From: Pedosphaera sp.
GTDB taxonomy: Bacteria; Verrucomicrobiota; Verrucomicrobiia; Limisphaerales; SIBH01
Assembly (NCBI GenBank): GCA_031414955.1
Contig: JANOQV010000159.1
Location: 1-64,000, forward strand
Length of the DNA stretch: 64,000 bases
Direction of reading: 5' to 3'
Below, piece after piece: positions 58,012 to 64,000 of this stretch (position 1 is its first letter; every line of letters begins with the position of its first letter). A program made the translations under genes and the position numbers. The notes beneath the pieces were generated by a model that was not told the origin of the DNA, ran no database searches, and worked only from the letters and a program-made list of their open reading frames with translations.

Positions 58012-59244
58012 TCAGCTCGGGATGCAGACGCCTGTTTCCTGATTGTACAACTTCAGTTCGATCGGCATCCGCTCATAGACATTCCAGCGCCCGCGCCACA
58101 CCCCGTCTCGATCCCGCCGCAGCGAACAGGTGAGACCTTCCAGCGACCACAATTGCAGAACGGTCTGCCCGTCTTCTTCCGCCAGTTCCCAAAAGCGCTC
58201 CAATTCGCCGCTGCCACTTCCGACCATCCCCTGCTCCAGCAGCGTGATGCTGCGCCGGTCATGGCCCACGCGGTGATAGTCAAATGTTTTGCCGGTCAGA
58301 AATTCCATCACGGCTCGGGCCTCAGGGGTGAGTTCCTTGGCTGCCTCCTCATAAATTCGTCCATTCCACCGGTTGCGCAGTTGCTGGATGAACTCCCGGC
58401 ATTCGCCCTCGAACTGAAATCCCTCGATGCACTTGTTCTCCGATCCCAGGCTCCATTTGTCCATATTGCGGTGCTGGAACAGCCGGTGGCCTTGAAAATC
58501 ATGCTGGCACATCGTGTCCTCCAATGCGTCGATGCCCCGCTTGGGCATGGCGTAGAGGCGCTTCAACTTCCGAAAGGCCAGATGGAAGGTCTCCTTGTCC
58601 CCGTGAATATGCTCATAGAAGAAATCTGAATACTCATTGTACCAACTGCACAGCGACATCGGCTCCCAGCACCGCTCCTTGTCGATGACCATCTGACCGC
58701 TCTCGAACTCCGGCTCGTCCTGGTGCTCCACGCCGCAGAGCCCCCAGATCATTCGGTCTGGCTCCAGGCGGCTGAAGTCCGGCCAGAAGATGGCGCCCGT
58801 GGCCAGGTACTCCGCCGTTTCAAACAGGAATTCCGGGTTCACCACCGGCACGTTGTCGGCATCCAGCAGCAACACCTCCTGAAACGGGCAATTGAGAATC
58901 GCATACGGTTTCAATTCCCAGCCGTTCAAAATGCGCGCCGGCCGCATCTGCCGCACTTTGGTCCCATCCACGCATTGGACGTTGAAAGGCCGGACCAGCG
59001 CCCGCATCCGGTCATCCAGTTCCCGCCCCCCGAGATGCCAGATTTGGATTGGCAGGTAGCAGCCCAGCTTGCGCAGCATGTTGATGCAGACCCAGGCGTT
59101 GGTGAAGTATTTCACCCCGCCCCCGCAAATTACGATGCCGCGACCATAAAACTGTCCCGGATAGGGCAGCGTTTGCCGAATGAAAGCGTTTGCAGCTTCG
59201 AGAGCATTTTGCTCGGTGATTCGTTCTGGATAGGCTTGGTTCAT
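58012..59244 (-). CDS. GT71 / MNN1-MNN2-like alpha-mannosyltransferase
   Basis: GRGIVICGG, LRKLGC.LPIQIW, K.YAIL...F.EVLLLDADN, TGAIFWPD, ESGQMVIDK, GDKETF.LA. Confidence 0.85.
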   Translation of the reverse strand: MNQAYPERITEQNALEAANAFIRQTLPYPGQFYGRGIVICGGGVKYFTNAWVCINMLRKLGCYLPIQIWHLGGRELDDRMRALVRPFNVQCVDGTKVRQMRPARILNGWELKPYAILNCPFQEVLLLDADNVPVVNPEFLFETAEYLATGAIFWPDFSRLEPDRMIWGLCGVEHQDEPEFESGQMVIDKERCWEPMSLCSWYNEYSDFFYEHIHGDKETFHLAFRKLKRLYAMPKRGIDALEDTMCQHDFQGHRLFQHRNMDKWSLGSENKCIEGFQFEGECREFIQQLRNRWNGRIYEEAAKELTPEARAVMEFLTGKTFDYHRVGHDRRSITLLEQGMVGSGSGELERFWELAEEDGQTVLQLWSLEGLTCSLRRDRDGVWRGRWNVYERMPIELKLYNQETGVCIPS

Positions 59245-59264
59245 CGTTCTTCTCCCATGTTTTT

Positions 59265-60344
59265 TCAATCCGTTTGCGTGGCGATCCGCTCTTCCGTGCT
59301 CTCCCGGCCCGCGCTTGGCACGGCTTGCCATGCTCCTTGCTTTTGCTGCCGGTGCAATGCCGCGCGCACCGCCCGCCACTGGAACGGAGCCAAGTAATCA
59401 ATCACACCACCGTTGAAGTACAACTCAATCCGCCGGATGACCTCCGCTGCCGTAATCATGTGCTGGCAGCGCGGGAGCGTGCCCACCACATCGACGCACA
59501 GGTTCTCCGGCTTGTCCTTCTCATCACCATCACCCAACGGGACCACGCGGGATTTCCAGCAACCGCCGTTGTCGCAGCAGAGCAGCGCGCCGTTGGTGTG
59601 AATGAATTGATGATGCGGGTAGGCTTCCCACTGCATCGGCTCGCGCCCGCCGGCCACCACCACGCAGGGCCGGTTCTTGGGTTTGCCACCCTTCACCTCG
59701 ACCGCCGCCGCAAGGTGCATGGCGAAGGTCACCGGGCAAAGCACGCCTTGCGCGTGATACATGAGCCGCACGAACTGCCGGAGATCCGTCTTCCCGCGCA
59801 AATCGATCACGCCGTTCAGCGCCGGATGGTGATGGCCGAGTTCCCCCACCTGCACGAATTGGATGCGCCCGCGAAAATGATGCACCACCTGCTGGTACCG
59901 GGCCGGCTCCCACCACTTGGCCGTGAAATCGCGCTTGCCGCCCGCGTTCACGATCCAGAACGGAATGTCCTCGCCCACGAGTTCGTGAACCTGCGACATC
60001 CAGGATTTCTCCACATCCGAAATGTGAACATCCCCCTTGAAGGCGGTCGGCTCGATGAACACGCCCAGCTTCTCGCTGAGAAAACGCGTGAAGGCGTGGA
60101 TGAAATGATACGCGCGCTGATTGCTGTGGTGGATGAGCGGATACTCGCACTGCATGACCTCCACGTCCGGCATGTTTTCCTCCAGCGGCGTGAGGTGCGG
60201 ATTGTTCTCCCACAAGCCAGGGCACGGCGTCCGCACATCTGTGACAAACTGGCCGGGACAGCAGGCGTGCAAATCCCGCACCGCCGCCGTGAGCATCACG
60301 ATGTCGCCTGGGGACTGATGGTTGCGAAGGATAAGTTTGCGCAT
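59265..60344 (-). CDS. GT9-like (heptosyltransferase-like) glycosyltransferase with Cys-rich C-terminus
   Basis: PGDIVM.T...DL, KWW, IDLRGKTDLRQ, MHLAAA, PCVVVAGG; CCDNGGCW..C..RC..IT. Confidence 0.8.
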   Translation of the reverse strand: MRKLILRNHQSPGDIVMLTAAVRDLHACCPGQFVTDVRTPCPGLWENNPHLTPLEENMPDVEVMQCEYPLIHHSNQRAYHFIHAFTRFLSEKLGVFIEPTAFKGDVHISDVEKSWMSQVHELVGEDIPFWIVNAGGKRDFTAKWWEPARYQQVVHHFRGRIQFVQVGELGHHHPALNGVIDLRGKTDLRQFVRLMYHAQGVLCPVTFAMHLAAAVEVKGGKPKNRPCVVVAGGREPMQWEAYPHHQFIHTNGALLCCDNGGCWKSRVVPLGDGDEKDKPENLCVDVVGTLPRCQHMITAAEVIRRIELYFNGGVIDYLAPFQWRAVRAALHRQQKQGAWQAVPSAGRESTEERIATQTD

Positions 60345-60372
60345 GAGCTTCAACGAGGCCTCAAATCGCTTC

Positions 60373-60834
60373 CTACTCGAACCCTTGGACCTCTACGCGG
60401 ATGACTTTTTGGTTCTCGAGGTGGAAATTCCAAACCGCTGCGCGAGCACGTCCGTCGTCGATTTTGTAGCCCAGGCGGTTCGGATTTGGATTCCTGCGAG
60501 CCGAACGTTCGGTAGGGGGACCGAGGAGATGTACCAACTCGTTCGAGCTTGTTCCAATTGGATTCCATTCGGCAAGCAGGGCATGCATGCGCCCCATGCT
60601 TTCCATAAATTGCTCCGCAGAAATTCCGAAATGGATTTGGCCGTGCTTGCTCCGCAAATCGGCGATTGTTTTCGAAATCCCTGTGGAGTTCGTCTTTTCC
60701 AACAGCTCGTTCTTGGTGGACCTCTGGTTCGTATCAGGCGGGCGCGCGCCGCTACAGCCAGCAGCGACAGCGCCTGCCGTCAGGATGATAGCCAAAAACC
60801 GTAGTGGGTGCCGCAGCTTGCCTATCAGATTCAT
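60373..60834 (-). CDS. lipoprotein, tandem paralogue 2 (immunity/inhibitor-like)
   Basis: Lipobox AAGC; IG.S..EL..LLGPP; near-identical to 60852-61310. Confidence 0.75.
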   Translation of the reverse strand: MNLIGKLRHPLRFLAIILTAGAVAAGCSGARPPDTNQRSTKNELLEKTNSTGISKTIADLRSKHGQIHFGISAEQFMESMGRMHALLAEWNPIGTSSNELVHLLGPPTERSARRNPNPNRLGYKIDDGRARAAVWNFHLENQKVIRVEVQGFE

Positions 60835-60851
60835 GGCAGGTTCAGAACATC

Positions 60852-61310
60852 CTAGTCGATAGCTTTGACTTCCATGCGCACGACTTTTTGATTCTCAAGG
60901 TCGAAAAACCAAACCGCGCCTGCGAGCCCGGTGTCGATTCTGTATCCAAGGCGATTAGGGTTGGGATTCCTGCGAGCCGAACGTTCGGTAGGGGGACCGA
61001 GGAGATGTACCAACTCGTTCGAGCTTGTTCCAATTGGATTCCATTCGGCAAGCAGGGCATGCATGCGCCCCATGCTCTCCCGAAACTTTTCCGCGGAAAT
61101 TCCGAAATAAATTTGTCCGTGCATATTCCGCAAATCGGCGATGGCTTTCGAAATCCCTGTCGAGTTCGTCTTTTCGAGCATCTCGTTCTTGGCGGATCTC
61201 TGGTTCGCGCCAGGCGGGCGCGCGCCGCTACAGCCAGCAGCGACAGCGCCTGCCGCTAGGATGATTGCCAAAAACCATAGTGGGTGCCGCAGTTTTCCAA
61301 CCTTCTTCAT
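60852..61310 (-). CDS. lipoprotein, tandem paralogue 1 (immunity/inhibitor-like)
   Basis: Lipobox AAGC; ATGA overlap with the upstream Ser-rich gene. Confidence 0.75.
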   Translation of the reverse strand: MKKVGKLRHPLWFLAIILAAGAVAAGCSGARPPGANQRSAKNEMLEKTNSTGISKAIADLRNMHGQIYFGISAEKFRESMGRMHALLAEWNPIGTSSNELVHLLGPPTERSARRNPNPNRLGYRIDTGLAGAVWFFDLENQKVVRMEVKAID

Positions 61311-63682
61311 GGCAGGTTCAGAACATTTGTTCGCATTGTGAACGTATCCTCCTCTCCAGGGTCGGAGTTAGGGAAAGGCCCGATGCGCTTCGTGGCCCCA
61401 ACAGTGTTCGTATCGCTAGTAGGAAAGCGGAAGAGTGCTTCGATTGGTTCGCCGGGGCGGTGAGTGATATTCAACAAAATGTGCATGAATTCATGTGCGA
61501 ATGTAAAAGGCTTCTTGGCCGCATCGCTCAAGGCTGCGATCACGATGAAATTCTTGCCGTTCGGAACCTCATGCGGCGGGACATTCAAGAATGCGGGGTA
61601 CGCAATAGCCACGCCCGTAAGTACAGGTGGCGGCGGTCCTGCGAACGGGGTGATGTAGAAAACGTCCACGGTATTCGCATTGCCGCTTTTCATACTGATC
61701 AATTTCAACTCGTCCTCGTTCCATGGCGATGCAGGACCCTCTTTTCCCCACCGGAATCCATCAAGCAGCACACTCGGGAGTGGAAACCCGATTCCATTGT
61801 TCATTTGAATGGTCACGTTCAAGCGAAAGGTCGATTGAGCGAACCGCTGGTTGGCGATGTCCACATCTTGTTGGACGCTCGCTTCGGTGACCGAGGGCTC
61901 CTTGGTCGAGTAGGTAATATCCGCACCACTGGCATGAGCGGCGGCAGTGCTCCCATCCACCCCTCGTGTGCATCCAGTGAGCACCACACCTGACGCCGAT
62001 ACGCCTGTGTATTGGATGAATTCGCTGCCGATCTTTACCCATCCAGACGGTTGTGGATTTCCTGAAACCCAGACCCCATTGATGGTGGTGTCAGTCGAGC
62101 TTAGTGCGGTGACTAGCACGCCATCCGGCCGGGGTTTGGCGAAGACCTTAGCCACCGCTGCGAGGAAACGGATTTCATGTTTCAACTGGTTTGGTCCGTT
62201 ATCGGGGGTCGAGTCGTGCAGACGCCCAACCGTAGTGGTAATTTTATCTTCGCAAATGCCCGGGTTGTTGGAGTAAAGAATTTGCACAGCGTCGCTGAGT
62301 TTGCACAGGAGCGTCTGGTTTCCTTGGACGCCGTCGTCCACCGAATCGCTTACCAATCTCAGGAACTGACCGCGAAATATGTGTCCTGTCGGAGAGTTCT
62401 TTTTGTCCAGGACGAAGGTATATTCCGTCTCGTTGATCGTAAGAATGACCGAGACGCTGGTTTTGTCACCCTGAGTATCGTCTTCGACTTCCAGGCGGAA
62501 GTTACTGGGATCATCGCAAGTATCGGAGAAATTGACGAACCCCGGCAACCCTTCATTCGTGATGTAATTGCTCACATGAAGCGCCTCCTTTTCGAGATCG
62601 ATTGCCGTGTTATCGTTCTTCAGAATTCTTAAGGTCGCTAAGCAGGATGGCGGGCTATTTCCGCCAGAACTAGAACTCGCTTTGCTCATGCTCGATAAGC
62701 TCGAAGAACTGTCAGGCGGCAAACCTGACTGACTGCTCGAACTTGAACTGGACGAGCTTTTTGAACTGGATCTGGATGAACTGCTCGATTTTGACGAACT
62801 GGAACTCGAAGACTGTGAGGACGAGCTTTGCGAAGAGGAGTTAACCGAACTGGATGACTGCAAGGATGGCGATTGGCTGCTCGAACAGCTCTGCGACGAG
62901 GATGACAGGCTGCTGGAACTTTGGTTTGAACTGCTCTGCGAGGATGAAGACTGACTGCTTGAACTCTGCGAATTCGATGACTGTGAAGAGGAACTTGGGG
63001 ACGATGAACTAACCGAACTGGAGGAATGCGAGAATGACGATTGGCTGCTTGAACTCTGTGAAGTGGACGGCTGTGAGGACGAGCTTTGGGAGCAGGAGCT
63101 ACTGCTCGGCGAGGACGACGACATGCCGCTCGAACTCAAGCTGGAGGAGCTGGGCGAGGCGGAGGACTCGCTGCTCAGACTCGACGAACTAGTATCGGAT
63201 GATGAGCTGGTGTCGGATGAAGAACTCAAGCTGGAGGAACTCCGCGAACTCCGCGAACTCCGGGAACTGCGTGAACTCTTGGAACTCGAGGATGCCGAAG
63301 GCGAGGACGAGCTTTGCGAACTGGATAGGCTGCTCAATGAAGATGAACTGATCGAACTCGCGGAACTGGGAGAACTGCTGCTCGGTGAGGCGCTGCTCAC
63401 CGAGGATGATGATGCCGAAGACTCAGATGAAGAACTCGAGAGCAAGGAGGAACTGGTGGATGACCCACTGCTCTCCGAACTGCTTGGACCCGAACTGCTG
63501 GATGAAGGGGGCGGCACGTCACTGCTGGAGGACGATGACGGCGGCGGGGGCACATCGCTGCTCGAAGATGAGGAGGGCGGCGGTGGTGGTGGCGGCGTGC
63601 TGCTGCTCGATGAAGGTGGCGGCGGTGTGCTGGACGATGAAGATTCAACGATGATGGGTGAACTGGAGCTGGAGTCAGGCAT
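61307..63682 (-). CDS. serine-rich stalk protein with C-terminal HExxH (zincin-like) domain
   Basis: About 340 N-terminal residues are mostly Ser, with Pro/Gln; globular C-half with TFAHEFMHILL; no signal peptide evident. Confidence 0.75.
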   Translation of the reverse strand: MPDSSSSSPIIVESSSSSTPPPPSSSSSTPPPPPPPSSSSSSDVPPPPSSSSSSDVPPPSSSSSGPSSSESSGSSTSSSLLSSSSSESSASSSSVSSASPSSSSPSSASSISSSSLSSLSSSQSSSSPSASSSSKSSRSSRSSRSSRSSSSLSSSSDTSSSSDTSSSSLSSESSASPSSSSLSSSGMSSSSPSSSSCSQSSSSQPSTSQSSSSQSSFSHSSSSVSSSSPSSSSQSSNSQSSSSQSSSSQSSSNQSSSSLSSSSQSCSSSQSPSLQSSSSVNSSSQSSSSQSSSSSSSKSSSSSRSSSKSSSSSSSSSQSGLPPDSSSSLSSMSKASSSSGGNSPPSCLATLRILKNDNTAIDLEKEALHVSNYITNEGLPGFVNFSDTCDDPSNFRLEVEDDTQGDKTSVSVILTINETEYTFVLDKKNSPTGHIFRGQFLRLVSDSVDDGVQGNQTLLCKLSDAVQILYSNNPGICEDKITTTVGRLHDSTPDNGPNQLKHEIRFLAAVAKVFAKPRPDGVLVTALSSTDTTINGVWVSGNPQPSGWVKIGSEFIQYTGVSASGVVLTGCTRGVDGSTAAAHASGADITYSTKEPSVTEASVQQDVDIANQRFAQSTFRLNVTIQMNNGIGFPLPSVLLDGFRWGKEGPASPWNEDELKLISMKSGNANTVDVFYITPFAGPPPPVLTGVAIAYPAFLNVPPHEVPNGKNFIVIAALSDAAKKPFTFAHEFMHILLNITHRPGEPIEALFRFPTSDTNTVGATKRIGPFPNSDPGEEDTFTMRTNVLNLP

Positions 63683-63754
63683 AACAGGTTGAGGTCGATG
63701 AATTCATCCAGCGGGATTTTGCGGTGGCGACAGCAGTGATGGCTTTTGCAGTAA

Positions 63755-64000
63755 TCAGCCTTTGAACTTGCTGTTGGCGGGCAGCTTGAATTCTACGCGC
63801 ACGGCGGCATTAGCCGGGTTTCCGTGCGGCCACTCGGCATCGGCGGCGAGTTGAATGGCAATCCGAGTGTCGGTGATGGCTTTGACCATCGTTTTCAAGG
63901 TGCTGCGTCCACCAGTCGCGCCGCTCTGCGCGCCGCTCTGGGTTTCTTCCACTCCGGTATAGGCCGTGAGCGCCTCGCTGGCGGTGTTGAGTTTGTCCGG
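63755..64000 (-). CDS. 3' part of a hypothetical protein (extends beyond the window)
   Basis: Frame open from the window edge to the stop at 63755; ends ADAEWPHGNPANAAVRVEFKLPANSKFKG. Confidence 0.6.
   Translation of the reverse strand, partial: PDKLNTASEALTAYTGVEETQSGAQSGATGGRSTLKTMVKAITDTRIAIQLAADAEWPHGNPANAAVRVEFKLPANSKFKG

Noticed and set aside
63063..63692. 209-aa Glu/Leu/Asp-rich ORF on the + strand
   Set aside because: Antisense shadow of the poly-Ser codons; the minus-strand ORF is continuous with a globular domain and an operon

Overview
High-GC bacterial chromosome segment, most consistent with Verrucomicrobiota (Pedosphaera/Limisphaera-like; inferred from DUF1501, the RFYR-terminal surface proteins and REP-rich spacers). 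Housekeeping genes (ilvD, argS, zwf, mobA, prmA, rph, argC, rpsI, rplM, pgi) are interleaved with secreted repeat proteins, a Ser/Thr kinase, peptidases, an ABC system with three paralogous permeases and a TolC/two-MFP/MacB exporter. I see no rRNA, tRNA, CRISPR, integrase or transposase. Two accessory loci stand out. (1) 57.3-63.7 kb: a tightly packed operon encoding a protein with a ~340-aa poly-serine stalk and a C-terminal HExxH domain, two tandem immunity-like lipoproteins, a Cys-rich GT9 (TibC/Aah-like) glycosyltransferase, a fungal-type GT71 mannosyltransferase and a methyltransferase. It is a candidate dedicated glycosylation system for a Ser-rich effector. (2) 3.2-5.8 kb: an integrase-free cassette stack in which three diverged copies of the DUF1501 3' end alternate with cargo genes (a toxin-antitoxin pair and a low-GC secreted protein). 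Heptamer repeats and several REP-like palindrome families fill the spacers, enter coding sequences and supply stop codons or possible ribosome-binding sites. All product calls come from motif recognition by eye; no database search was run.
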